NCBI GenBank assembly: GCA_013239625.1
Contig: MU053365.1
Location: forward strand, 1,460,115-1,524,114
Length of the DNA: 64,000 bases
Source: Lama guanicoe
Taxonomy: Eukaryota
Direction: 5' to 3'
A program made the translations under genes and the position numbers. The notes below the pieces were generated by a model. That model was not told the DNA's origin. It did not search any database and was given only the letters and a program-made list of their open reading frames with translations. This document shows, piece after piece, positions 41,101 through 54,132 of the stretch; position 1 is the first letter of the stretch; every line of letters starts with the position of its first letter.

Positions 41101-42117
41101 ATGTTTAGATACAGTCCCCCTTTTTTGGGAGAAGATGAGGATGGGTATAGTGGGAATGGAAGAAGTCTTGAGAGAATGGCTTAGGAAATCCATCTGATTC
41201 GATCTTAGAACCCTCATGCTTTTTTTCATGTTGTTTACCCACTCTCCTATGTGACATAGTACCAAGAATACAGAAGACACTCAAATATTTGTTGAATGAA
41301 TTCATTCTCAACTCATCATTGCCCATCTATACCCCACTGGTCCTGGAATCTTGTGAAAGACAAAATCATAAAGGCATAGAATGTTAGAGATGATATAGAC
41401 TTTCAGGAGCATCTAGTGCAGGAGTTTTTACATTTTGTTCTGTGGACTTGATGAGGTCTGGGTTTTCTTGCCCTCTCTTCAACCACAGCAGAAATGTCTC
41501 AATTTATTTTATGTACTAAGGTTCTTCACAAGGTTTTTGTGTGTGTGTGTGGGGGGGGGTGGAATACTTTGATATTAAAATCATAAAATAAAAGTGGAGC
41601 CTTTTCTTTTTCAATAACTGTTTGGTCCAAGCCCATCGTTTGGCAGATGAGGAAACAGACCCAAAAGGAGGAGTTTATTTTTTTTTAAGGTACACAAGCT
41701 GGAGTTTAAAGTCTAAACTTCCACCTTCAGAAAACAGAGGAGGAGGAAGATTCCAGGATCTTGGAAACTTGGATTACAATTCTTCACTCTACCGTTGCTA
41801 CCCTATCTTTTGTGGTAGAAATTTTTCAGAGTGATAATGATATCAAATCCTAGAATGTCTGAATTGAAAGAGATGTCAAGGTAATGTAGTTCAAAAGTGT
41901 TTATACATTCAGGAAGAAAAATTGGCTTCATTCAAATGAAATATTACATGGAAGCCTATTGTTTCAACTTTCTTTCAATGTTCAATAAACATTTGTTCGA
42001 CACTGTTCTAAGCTTCATGGATACAGTATCTGCGTGGTCTTTACTTTCATGGAGGTCACATTCTGTTGTGAGTGGAGGAGAGAGCTATTAAGCAACTAAA
42101 CTAATAAACAAACAATG

Positions 42118-42385
42118 CAACCTGACTTTAGTAATAAACCAATCATTTGAAGTAAATCAAGGATGAAAGTCAGATACTGTGAAATTAATATGTGGTTTTC
42201 AAATTAGTTTACTACTTCTGTATTTCATTGTGTTAACAATTAAATACCACAGTTCCAAGTTGTGTGTTGCTAAATGATGTTAAAGAAGCAGGAATATTTG
42301 GATAAAGCATTGGTTTCTTTCTTATGAGGAAAAATATGTGAGTTTAAAAATTATGCATAGCTTATTCAGTTGGCTTAAACCAGTA
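42118..42385 (+). repeat. Diverged direct copy of 43930-44226
   Basis: Collinear alignment by eye from 'gactttagtaataaac' to 'ttcagttggcttaaaccagta'. Confidence 0.93.
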
Positions 42386-43082
42386 ATGATATATTGTGAT
42401 AGGTGATACAAAGGAAACAAAAAAGGTACTCTGATAGAGGATACCTGAGGCTGTGGCTATTTATAAATACTGATGAGGGACAGTGTCCTGTGTGTGGCTG
42501 TGTGGTTTGGCACTGCACAGAGGTGCTCAACTGAAGGGGACAGTGAGTGCTAACACTTAGTTCAAATTCTGCTTGTCAGGTTGAGTGTCCTGCATCAGGT
42601 GGCGTTTTCTTTGAGTTAAGGCCACCTCTTGCTTTCTCCAAAGGTACTGCCTGTTCTCCAAGCCTTATGTCTGCAGGGATGAGCCCACCTAAGAGAGAAC
42701 TCTATTCTAATTTACACAAGCAGCCTACATAAAGAAACTGCAGCACTGAACAGGGAAGATCTCTCTGAAGAGGTGACATTTGAGATTTAACTTAAAGGAC
42801 ATGAAGCAGTCCAGATGGAGATCTGTACTTGAGGTAGAAAGAACAGCAAGAGTTGTCTGATTGTTGTTTAGATGGGCATTTGCCTGGTGTATTTGAAGAA
42901 CAACAAATAGACTAATGTGGCTAGAACAACATACATAAAGAAGGGGAAGAAGTGATGAAACTAGAGGGCCAGTGTGCATAAAACTTTCCAAGCCATTGCA
43001 AAGATTTTGCCTTTTCTTTTGAGTTGGATGGGATATTGTTGGAGATTTATAATCAGAGCTGCTCTGATGAAAGTGCCTAATA

Positions 43083-43228
43083 CCAGCAGTGCGCTGCTAA
43101 ATGTTTAAGAAACCACTCTCTGGTTGCTGATCTCTGTGATGTAAATACCCGCCTCATGGCTGATTTCACATCACTGAATGTTAACAATCGGCATGGAGTA
43201 GAGTGAGCCAGTTGCAGCATCTCCTTTG
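43083..43228 (-). mobile_element. MER63-like hAT-Blackjack MITE
   Basis: 'ccagcagtgcgctgctaaatgtttaa', 'tgtaaatacccgcctcatggctgatttca', 'gagccagttgcagca'. Confidence 0.65.
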
Positions 43229-43929
43229 GCAGATGTAAAAACTGCAGAGATCAATATGGTCAGATCAAGGAGGACCTAGTTTAGCAAGCTAAGGAGTATG
43301 GACTTCATCCTGTAGGCACAGGAAGCCACTGGTGAATTTTTAAGGAGAGATAGCATGGCTAAATTTGTGTTTTGCAAAGTCTTGTGGGGTAAATTAAGAG
43401 TAGTACATGTGTTATATTCATTTTATAAATGAGAAAATGGGCATAGGGATATTAAATATCTTACTCTAGGAAAGGACTTTGAAGAGAATATTGGCAAAGC
43501 CAAAACACATGAGTTAGTGGCAAAATTGAAATTTGAACCCAGATTTTCCAAATATCCTTTTGGATAAAGCATCAATAAATGGGAAATAAAGGGGATATAC
43601 TTTCTTGATTTGAGATGTTTAATAGAACAACAGTAGAAGGACATGTGGAAGGGTGGCGCTGGCAACATAAAAGTATGCCTCTTGTCAGTAGTCCAATAAA
43701 AATGTCACTATTGAAAATGGGTGACTCTAAAAAGCTGAATCATCTCCAAGAATTTTGAAACAGTGGAGAAGTTGGAATTAAAACAATTTTTAATTATACC
43801 TCTTTGTCTCCTTTTAGAAGGATAAACAAATGGCTGAGGATTGCCACTCATAATATAGCTCCATTAATAAACTATTTAACTTCAACACTAAAATATCCCT
43901 TAATTGCTCGAGACTTAATAGTGTATAAT

Positions 43930-44226
43930 CAACCTGACAAAGGAAATAGAGGTAGACTTTAGTAATAAACTAATCATTTGGAATGCATCAAGGATGAAAG
44001 TCAGACTCTAGTTAATTTATTGAAAATAGTATGTGATTTACAAATTATTTTACTACTTCTATATTTCATTATGTGAACAATTAAATACTAGGGTTCCAAG
44101 TTGTATGTTGCTAAATGGTGTTAAAGAATGAGAAATGTTTGGATAAAATGTTGGGTTCTTTCTTGTGGGGAAAAATATGTGCATTTAAAAATTACACATG
44201 GCTTCTTCAGTTGGCTTAAACCAGTA
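43930..44226 (+). repeat. Diverged direct copy of 42118-42385 (probable donor)
   Basis: Collinear alignment by eye. Confidence 0.93.
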
Positions 44227-44739
44227 TCAAGAGGCATCTTAAACAAGGTGAAATTTGTCATTTCTCTTGGAATACAACCAAGAAGAACTAATTAGCAGGA
44301 AAAGTTTTCCCCTGCAGGCTGCAAAATTAGTCTTGAGGTCAGAATAAATGATAATGAGAAAGTTGGGTTATTAAGTCTAAGCATAGTTTCCAAAGGATAA
44401 ATATAAAAGGTCACTGAATAGAATATTATCATAGAGAAGCTTTGAAGCTTGCAGGTTGAGATTTAGTTAATATAGGTTGATGAATTTTTAACAAATTTGC
44501 ATCATATACATTTCCTTCATCTCTACTGAATCATTAAATTAGAAAATATAGGCTCCCAAGACATTTTAATATAAAGATTGAATTCAAAATATTCTGGTGT
44601 CTTAATTTTTCAATCGCAGACTGTTAGCTTATTTTCTCAAGAAACGATACTCTGGTTTAAATAGAATTGGAGCACTTCCTATAATTTGTATTCAGTAAGA
44701 AGGAAATTCATAATTCTTTCTGCCTTCCGTTTGACTTTC

Positions 44740-45160
44740 ACTCATATATTCAACAAATATTTATTGAGCATCTATTTTGTGCAGAACACTGTGGTGTTAA
44801 ATGCATCAGTGTATCCATTAAGGATGTAGCTTAGTAGGGGAAATAAAACACATTCTTCAATTTGCATATCACAAGATGGATGTTACAAGTGTCATATGAG
44901 AACAAATACAATGTTCTGGGTCCCAGAGGATGAAGATACTACTTCTAATTAGGACAAAAGTGAAAGCTTCTCAGTTAGAATAAGAACACTTGAAAATAAA
45001 TGGTGGGATGGCATTCCAGGTGGAAGGAATAAGTTTGAACAAAGACTTGAAGCTGAGGAAGTACAGAATGCATATGAGGAGAATGTGATTCAATGAAGCT
45101 GGACTCTGGGATGTGTATCAAGAAGAGTAATGGGAAAAGGCGTAAAAATGTAGGATGGTT
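44740..45160 (-). mobile_element. L2 3' fragment
   Basis: 'attcaacaaatatttattgagcatctattttgtgcagaacactgtg'. Confidence 0.75.
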
Positions 45161-45519
45161 AACTACTTCATTAATCAGCAACTATTTATTGAGCATCACC
45201 TATGTGCCACAGACTGATATAGAGAGTGGTGATGGAAGATTGCACTTCCATTCACCACTTTAATCTCCATTCCAGTCTTTAATCTAAAATAATGCTGCAA
45301 AATTCCCTCGATGCTAAATATAGAATTTTGATAGTCTGTAGGAAAGGGGATTATCACAAGTAGTATGGCAGCAACATGACCGTAGATTGTAAGGAAAAAA
45401 AAGTATTTTACAAAGCCACTAGCAATGTGTTATTACTGGTAGAAACTGCTGGAAACCTGTGCTATTTCTAGTTAACACTCACAGAAAGTAAAACAACTGG
45501 AATAAATAAAATATATAAC

Positions 45520-45740
45520 CTTTGTATGTAATATCATATTTTAAAGAATCAGTTTCACATCTATTATCTCACTTATTCCTTATGTCAACCTTATGATGTC
45601 AGATATTATTTTCATTTCCATTTTATAGATGAGGCCTAGAGACTAAGTGACTTGCTGATGAGCATACAGCTTTAAGTGTCCAAGCTGGGATTTGAAAACA
45701 AATATTCTGTCATTCCAAATCCCATACTATTTTTCTAGTC
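45520..45740 (-). mobile_element. MIR
   Basis: 'ccattttatagatgagg...agactaagtgacttgc...gctgggatttgaa'. Confidence 0.75.
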
Positions 45741-47319
45741 TTCAACCTCTATAGAATTAAAAGCTGCAAAAACAATCTTCCTGTGCGTATTTTTCCAATT
45801 TCATTTCCTGTCCCATTACTCCAGCACTGGATGCAATGAAACACTAAAAAGATTATTATGGGCATAGATTTCTGAAAATCTTTTCAACTGTCAGTTTTGA
45901 TTTAAGTTAAAAACAGTATCGTGGAAATCGTATGAGCACATCACAAAGCTGGATCCCAATTGCATTACAAACGTTGATTCCTGACTTCTGGTGGGGTTCT
46001 GTGGATCCTGTTTTATGACATTTCTGGATTGGTCTGTGTGAATCTGCTAAAATCCCTCGTTGGCATTCTTTTTCTCACTCTGAAGATCCCCCATATTGAG
46101 TTAATAGATCTTTCATAAAGGTGACTTTTTTCAAAAACTACAGCAACATTTATCTTTCACGGACTGTATGAATGGCATTTCCCTTGAGAGGAACTGTATC
46201 AATTATTTATTAGGGTTTTATCCCAGTGGTGCTGAGGTAGTAGGAGACTACAAAGGGAGAATCGGGGTTTGGATACCCACTTGGAAAGTTTCAAAGGCGG
46301 CAACAACCTATTCATAAATTCTTCTTGGTGATACAAAAGCTGCATTAAATAGCACTGAGGCATCTAGGCAATTGTATAACAGTTCCATCAAAGAGGTCTT
46401 TAGGCATCCCACAGATAAATCCCTCTACAACAAATATCCTCCACATGGCTCCAGCAGCAACTATGGGTAGCCATTCCATACCACTCAGATGCTTGATCTT
46501 GTTGAATTCTCATAACCTTTTATGAGAGAACTGGCATTATCCCTCTGGATTGTTGATGTGTGACTCTTGCTAAACACATCCTCTGCCTTTGCACAAGCTG
46601 CTTCCTATTCTGGAAGTGACCTGCTCTACCTTGTCTGTCTACTGAACTCTATTTAAATGTTGAAACCCAGCTTAAGTGTTCCTTACTCTGTCATGCTGTC
46701 CCTTACTATATACTCTCTAATTATTCTTTTCACAGTACGGAGGGCCACCCTTGTGCCTGGCCCTGTTCTAGGCATCTGGGATATAATAGAGCAGTGAAGC
46801 AGACAAAAAAGAGCCCTGCCTTTATTGAGAAATTTTTTTTCTAGTGAGGAGAGAGACAATAAGCCAAATGAAAAATGTAAGAACTTTAGATTGTGATATG
46901 TGTCATAAAGAAGAGATGACAGGGTGATAATGATAATGAGGATGGATGTGGTGACTTGGTGGTCAGGGAAGCTTCCCCCTGCCACTGTCTCACTACCTTT
47001 ATTTGTGTTGTTACATTCACTGTACTCTATAGCACGTGTTGGTTCCCTTGTCTTCTCCTGAGTCTGTAGACTTCTTGGCCAAATGAGTGCTTCCCATTTG
47101 GGAAGCTTCCCATCTCTGAATCCACTGATGCAGAGGAGCACTTCAAAAATATTTGTTGAACTGACTTGAGGAAACTTAGGCTGTGAACAATTAAGTGACT
47201 TGCCCAAAGTTTTATCACTAGAAATATATAGACCAGGATTGGAACCTGATCTTTCTGACTCCAGTGTAGTGTTCTTTACCCTGTATTACAACCTTCTTTC
47301 AGTGTCCTTTTCATGACCC

Positions 47320-47840
47320 CCAATGCCCTACAACAACTGGACCACTACCATGCCTATGCTTCCACCTCTTACTCCATCTCCTCCTCTCCCCTCACTCTGC
47401 TCCAGCCCACTGGCCTCCTTGTTATTCCCTGAGCAGGCCGTGCATGCTCCCACCTCAGGGTCTTCTACATGTTTCCTTTGCTTACAGTGCACTTTCTCCA
47501 CATAGCTCCCTGGCCAACCTCCTTGCCTCCTTCACATCCTCACTCAGAGATCACCTTCTCAATGAGTGCTACCCTACCCTCTTTATTTAAATTTCCAACC
47601 TGCCCCCTCAGTACTCCTGATCCCTCTTAACCAGTCTGAATGCCTCCCCCATTGGCACTTACCATCTTCTATTATATTAGGTGTCTGCCTTATCATGTTT
47701 ATTGTTTATTTTATCTCCCCAGCTAAAAGATAATCCCAAAAGGGCAGGATCTTGTTATATTTTGTTTACCATTGTATCTTAAGATCCTAGAACAGTCTGG
47801 AACATAATAGTCACCCAGTAACTATTTGTTGAGTGAACTT
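47320..47840 (+). mobile_element. L2a 3' region
   Basis: 'cactctgctccagcccactggcctccttg', 'ctcccacctcagggtctt', ends 'tatttgttgagtgaa'. Confidence 0.85.
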
Positions 47841-49788
47841 TGAATAATTTTATCTTTAATCAGACATTACTCATACGTCATTGAAAAGTAATCCCCTTAA
47901 TATCAAAATTCAATGCAGATGGCAAGCAAAGGTCATGGCATATTACCACTGGGTCCTGTGATGCTGTACCACTTATGCCAAGTATAGCATAGAGCTGGAA
48001 CTTGATTGGGTAACAGTAAACATGGCATATTCTTCAGGGTAAAATGCTGCCTCATTTATATATGCTGGATACCTCTCCACTTGGGCATCAGGATAAGACT
48101 CATATGCTGACCCAACTTCTACCTACTCTGCTCCTAGCACTTTGCTAGGCACACTTAGAAGACAGATTTAGAAACTGTTTGGTGAATGGTCCCACACACA
48201 ATCAGCAATTGTGCATTTGTTGGGTTCTCTTCTAATACCTTCCAGAGTCCTTCCTCTAAAAGAATAGCAATACATTATTCTTCAACTGGCTCATGAATTT
48301 GATCTTGGCTACTTTCCATTAAATATGGGGAAATAATGGGAGTGATGGGCTCTTTTTAAAATGACCCTTCCCTGCCTATTAATTTTGCTTTACTATTTAT
48401 CCATGTAAGTCCTGCATCTGATAGCAAAGCAGTTACCAAGATAGTCTGTCTTCAACTTGGCAAGCAAAGCCATCTTCTACAGCCAAATTGTATTTAAATA
48501 AATAGATCCTGACTTCTTAGCTCTTTGCTCATAATATCTCATTTGTTTTGCAGGGTGTTTTTAGAGGTCATCCAAATTTTATTTAAATGCTGCTGCAGCG
48601 TAAACATTACTTCAAAATGAAATTTTGAAACATTAAGCATTTTCAAATATGAGCTTTTGGTGGTATGCTTTGAATCTTCATTTATTTTTCAGAATTTGTC
48701 CTAGAACAAAGGGCTTTGAGGACATGGTTGTTGAATTCAAATTAGGTAGAACGAAATCTCATTCTGTGGAAGTTTAGAATCTGAAGCTCTGCCTGCTCAT
48801 TGTTACCATACAGTCTACTTCCACCCTTCCTCGCCTGCCATTTCCACACAGCTACCTCATGACAGCTGAAGTCTAGGTCTCTTGCACAAGACACATAACC
48901 ACACAAGAGACCCCACAGATATACAGCCATATTAAATCTCATTCCCTCAGATATGTAACTATACAAAAGGCTCCTCAGACACATGCTGTGCTACAGTCTG
49001 ACGCACATGTGAGCATAAACATACTCCCCCATACCCATATACTCATGCCCTCATGCACTGCAGTCTAGCCCAGTTTTCCCCCACAAGCTCCCGAGTGCTT
49101 GAAACTTCCCTCTCTCTCTTATAAGAGTCTTATCTATGAAAGAAGGTGCAAGCCCTTCTTCAGATCAATACTGTAGGAAATGACGGACATAAGCTAAATG
49201 AGCAGAGCATCTTAGAGAAATACTAAAAAAGTGAGGAGTGTTCATTTACTAGATTAATATCTATAGCATAGTAATTACCATTAAAATACTCAGAATCTGA
49301 GCAGTTAAATAAGCATTTATTTATTAAATATGTATGCTAGGTAAAGGTATTATTTTAATTAATTGGATTTCTCTGACGTAGTGATCAAAATTTTCTTCAG
49401 CAGCAAGTGTCTTTAAGCCATAGACCACACTTACATGGGGCTAAAGAAATCATAGTAAGACAATTATTCTCAGAGCTAGACAGAGAAAGAATTTCGAAGT
49501 TCTATGGAGAGTCTCCCACGAGCATTCAATATAGTACTGATAATAACTTGCATGAAATTACCTGAGGTTGGAGAAAGAACTATCCAATAGTATCAGAGAT
49601 AACAGGGCCTGAAGCTCACACAGGGCTGGTAACAGTGCCTATGCCCAACATCCAGATGGGAAAAACTCAAGATTGACAGGGCACTGAGTAGAGTACTCAG
49701 AAGGGTCTTGCCTGAATAATGGGGAATAATTAACCCTAGAGAAAATGTTGGTCTTATTCTGCTTTAAAAAATCTTGAAAAGCTACTAC

Positions 49789-50199
49789 TAAGCCAGAAAG
49801 AGAAAGAAAAATACCATATGAGGTTGCTCATATGTGGAATCTAAAAAAAAAAAAAANNNNNNNNNNNNNNNNNNNNNNNAAAAAAAAAGAACATAAATAC
49901 AAAACAGAAACAGACTCATAGACATAGAATACAAACTTGTGGTTGCCAAGGGGGCGGGGGGTGGGAAGGGACAGACTGGGACTTCAAAATGTAGACTAGA
50001 TAAACAAGATCATACTGTATAGCACAGGGAAATATATACAAGATCTTGTGTTAGCTCACAGAGAAAAAAATGTGACAATGAATATATGTATGTTCATGTA
50101 TAAGTGAAAAACTGTGCTCTACACTGGAATTTGATACAACATTGTAAAATGACTATAACGCAATAAAAAAAAAATGTTGGGGAAAAAAAACTCCAAAAA
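49789..50199 (+). mobile_element. Young lineage-specific L1 3' end with TSD
   Basis: TSD aaaaaatcttRaaaagc at 49766-49782 and 50200-50216; AATAAA plus A-rich tail; 23 N gap (49857-49879) in an internal A-run. Confidence 0.93.
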
Positions 50200-50915
50200 A
50201 AAAAATCTTAAAAAGCAAGACCCAAGAAGATCAAACTATTTCCAAGCAACTTAACTGCATCTGAGAACAGGCTCAAAAATATTATAGGAATATAAAAATA
50301 TCTAATATACAAGAAAGTAAAATTCACAATGGCTGGCAACCAATCGAAAATTTCCAGGCATATAAAAAAGCAGGAAAGTATGACCCATAATGAAGAAACC
50401 TAACAGATGTTAGAATTGGCAGAGAAGGATATTAAAAGAGTTATTTAACTGTATTTTTAATGTTCAAAAATAAAGTAGTAACATGGAAGCTATAAATTGT
50501 ACCAAAATTGAACTACTAAAGTGTGAAAACTGAAATGTCTGAGATTTTTAAATAAATCAATGGATAGGATTAATAAAAGGTTAGAGAGTATGGAAGAAAA
50601 GATCACTGAACTGGAAGACATAGCAATAGAATCTATCAAAAATGAAAAACATAGAAGAAAAAGTATTTTAAAAAAAGAAGAAAAGAGCATCTAGTGAACT
50701 ATGGGACAATTTCAAGCAGCTTAATATACATGCAGTTGGAGTCCCTGGCTGGGGGTGTGTTGTCAGAAAAATATTTGAAGAAATAATGGCCAAAACTTTC
50801 CTAATTTGACTATATATATATGGGGATATATATATATCCCCATAGATTCAAGAATTTCAATGAAACCCAGGTAAAAAAGACATAGTGAAAATGAGCCCAA
50901 GGTAAGTTATAATTA

Positions 50916-51119
50916 CATTTGACCCATGAAGAACACAGGGCGTTGGGTGCCAATTCTTTGTGCAGTTGCAAATTTTACACTCTATATCCATGGTTTGCAT
51001 CTGTGGATTCAACCAATGATGGATCATGTAGTAAGTACTGTAGTATATATTTATTGAAAAAAAATCCACTCAGAAGTAGACCTCTGAAGTTGAAACTCAT
51101 GCTATTCAAGGATCAGCTG
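50916..51119 (-). mobile_element. Tigger2-derived MITE
   Basis: Degenerate TIRs catttgacccatgaa / ttcaaggatcagctg, flanked by TA on both sides. Confidence 0.8.
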
Positions 51120-51507
51120 TAAATTGTTCAAAACCAAAGATAAAGAGAAAACTTCAAAATCAAATGGAGGAAAAATATATGGTATATATAGAGTAGAAAA
51201 AAGAAAAAAAGCTTCTGTGAAGTCCAGCAGATTTCACACTGTAAACAACATAGGAAAGAGGACAGTGGAGTGATATTTTTAAATTTAAAAAAAGACCAGT
51301 AAATCTAGAAACCCATATCCAGCTAAAATATTCTTAAAAGATGAAGTCTAAATAAAGATTGTTGAGACATACGAAAGGTGAAAGAATTCACCATCAACAT
51401 ACCTACACTACAAGAAATGTTAAAGGAAGTCTTCTGAGAGGGAAAATGATACCAGATGGAAATATAGACTTATACGAAGGAAGGAGGAGTAGTAAAAATG
51501 TTAACTC

Positions 51508-51716
51508 CAGTTGACCCTTGAACAATGCAGATTTGAACTTCATGGGTCCAGTTACACATGGGTATTTTTCAGTCATAAATACTACAGTACTACATGGTTC
51601 GTGATTGGTTGAATTTGCAGATGCAGAGGAACTGCGGATGCAGAGGAACTGCAGATATGGAGGGCCAACTATAAATTATATGAGGATTAACCCCTGCATT
51701 GTTCATGGGTCAATTG
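51508..51716 (+). mobile_element. Tigger2-derived MITE
   Basis: TIRs cagttgacccttgaacaa / ttgttcatgggtcaattg followed by TA. Confidence 0.85.
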
Positions 51717-51789
51717 TACATGGTTTTCAGCTTCTTCATGCTAATCTAAAGACTGCTGTAAGATACAGGCTAAAATTTGTCTCTTCAAC

Positions 51790-52860
51790 AAAGAAGCACA
51801 GACTCAGAGCTTAGTAGAAGTGAATGTATCAGGAACTATTGATACTTCAAATAATAGACCCTTGGCTTCTGAGCTAACCACCTCTTAGGGAAGTTACAGC
51901 TTGTACTAGTTGACTGAGTAGGGATTTACAAGACATTTGTCCTCAAGCAGACATAATTCATAAAGCAAACTGCTAATCCAAGACCCAGAAACAAGAATTA
52001 ATTATATAGGACTGAGTAAACTGATAAGGGATATTTAATTGTGGTTATTGTTTGGAATGTGGGTAGTTTTATTTTTACTTGTTATTTTATGAGTATATAA
52101 AGGAGTCCTTTATCTTTCTTAAGCTCTTTCAAACCACAATTTAGTAGATTATGCTTTTGTAAACTGAAATGAATCATCTTTACATGGTAGCTGATTCTCA
52201 TTGACTCCTTGAAATTCAGAGACAAATGCACTTACTGAGTCTCTTTACTATTTATGGCAATATAATTATTTGCATTGATTCATAAGAGTATGTTCTCATT
52301 TTTACCAGGTTATAATTGACCAACTGAATTGTGCAACCAAGGCCCTACCTGGAGTGCCATATTTGAGAATGACTCTCTTTTAATCAGATACTCCAAACCC
52401 ACTGTTGAGAAACATGTATGGGGTTAATGCCTACAATCCCCACCTACCCCAGCAAAATGGGGTATCTGACTAGAAGGTCCCAATCTCACAGGTGGTAAGG
52501 AGGGTCACTTCTTGATAGGTCAGGTACTTTATCAGAATGGGGGGACCTGAAAAAGAGGAGGATTTCACCTAAATTTATAGGTATTGTACATGAAATCTGG
52601 TGCAGAGTGTATCTTGGACTTGGTTTCATAGCCTTGGCAAGGAGAAAAACAAGAAAAGATTTTATAAAGTCAGACCCCAGGTTTCCTATGTAAACTTTTA
52701 GGCAGATATTAATTTGTGGGCCATAGTAGTTGCTTAATACTGTATAGGTCTAGGTTTGCAGAATAAACTCAAGGAGGCCTATGTGATAAAATAGTATTCT
52801 TGTTGTACCTGTCAGAAATAAACATGCCAAAGCTACTGAGGGAAACCTCCTTAAAAATAA
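51790..52860 (+). mobile_element. ERV1 MER4-group internal fragment (non-coding)
   Basis: Motifs recalled from MER4-group internal consensi: 'ggtaaggagggtcacttc', 'ggggacctgaaaaagaggaggatttcacctaaatttataggta', 'catatttgagaatga'. Confidence 0.65.
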
Positions 52861-54132
52861 TCTCTGGAGATTGTTTATGATAGCAAGAGTGGGTACTGTC
52901 AGAAAACAAAGTTTTGAAACTTGGAAATAAGACGCATCCTTTCAACATCAGTTGGAAGCAAAGGCCACTCAGGGATTGTGTACGGGAATGAACTTAGCTC
53001 ATCTCATTGTTTACTCACTTTTTCTTGATACTGATTAATTAATTAATTAACTAGTGAGTCATTAAAGGATCTAGAACTAGTTTTAAGATAATATTTTTTT
53101 ACTACACTACTACTTCCAAATTATTTTTCATGAATCCACCAATATGTAATAATTTAGTCACCTTGGTGTGAGCTCAACCCTGGGGCTATTATTCACAATC
53201 ATTTTTATATAACCCACCTTCTAGTAATACTCATTGTTTACTGTTAAATAAAGGTTCTATACTTAGTAAAGTTTCTTGTTAACTTGTAGATTTCTTTCCA
53301 GTACAAATGCAAATATTTTTTCTTCAATAGAATAGATAACCTTAAATATTTATGACCTTTGGGACATTAACCTAACATTTTTGGTTAAATTTCCTATAAA
53401 TCTTTCAGCTTTGTAATTTTTTTTGAAATAGTCATAATATCTTACTGGTTCTCTCATTAATTGGTTAAATAAAGTCTTTCTCAGGTGTTAAGAAAGAGAA
53501 GGAAAAGGAAGACAGGGAAAAGATGATTAAACTAGGTGACTCTTAAGGTCACCATATAGCTCTTATTCATTTGTAATTCTATGCCTAAGTGTATTATTGA
53601 GAGTAACTTTGGAGAGCCTTAGAAGAAATTAAAAGATGAAGGCAGATGGAGGCTCTTCAGTTCGCAGTTTCTCAGGATGCTAGTTTCTATCACACCTCTA
53701 GTTGTGAGCTGTAAACAGAGAATAGTTAAGCATTCACTAGCATTACAGATTCTCAAACTTTGGTAATAAGGATAGTGTCAAAATCACTCACATCTAAAAG
53801 TTGCTATGTTTCTGACAAACATGTCTATTTCTTCTATTCTTTGAAAGTTATCTCTAGAATGCTTTGGAAAAAATATTTTGGTGAATGTTTTTATATATTC
53901 CTAAGAAAACAACAGAAAAGGGATTGGGAGCAGAGCTGAGAAGCAAGTTCCCAGCCCAGGAGGCCATAAACGCAGGAGGGGCCCCTCACTCAGCCCCTGC
54001 CACCCCCAGATTCTCCCCTGGGCAGAGGGAAGAGGGTCCCCCTTCCCCTTGTCGCCTGTTCCTGAGTGACCTCACTGTCCCTGCTGAGTGCTGATTGTTT
54101 AAAAAGTGTTACTAAAATTTAGAATCTCCATT

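Larger units (their letters stand above)
41975..43390 (-). mobile_element. Fragmented L2 carrying several later insertions
   Basis: 'ttcaataaacatttgtt', 'cagggaagatctctctgaagaggtgacatttgag', 'gacttcatcctgtaggcacaggaagccactgg'. Confidence 0.7.
49450..51500 (+). mobile_element. Old L1M 5'/ORF1 region, host of later insertions
   Basis: ORF1-like 'agatcactgaactggaagacatagcaatagaa', 'aaatatttgaagaaataatggccaaaactttcc', 'tatccagctaaaatattc'. Confidence 0.75.

Noticed and set aside
43818..43962. Acceptor-like site followed by a 47-codon open frame (RINKWLRIATHN...)
   Set aside because: No convincing donor, AT-rich, peptide unrecognised; compatible with chance
46233..46244. TGAGGTAGTAGG, identical to the first 12 nt of let-7
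   Set aside because: Diverges immediately afterwards and I see no complementary 3' arm at hairpin distance
46683..47207. 174 aa minus-strand ORF
   Set aside because: Runs through L2 and MIR fragments; no recognisable domain
51790..52860. Possible retroviral gene in the ERV1-like segment
   Set aside because: The ORF track shows no long ORF inside it, and I see no gag/pol/env motifs or flanking LTR pair
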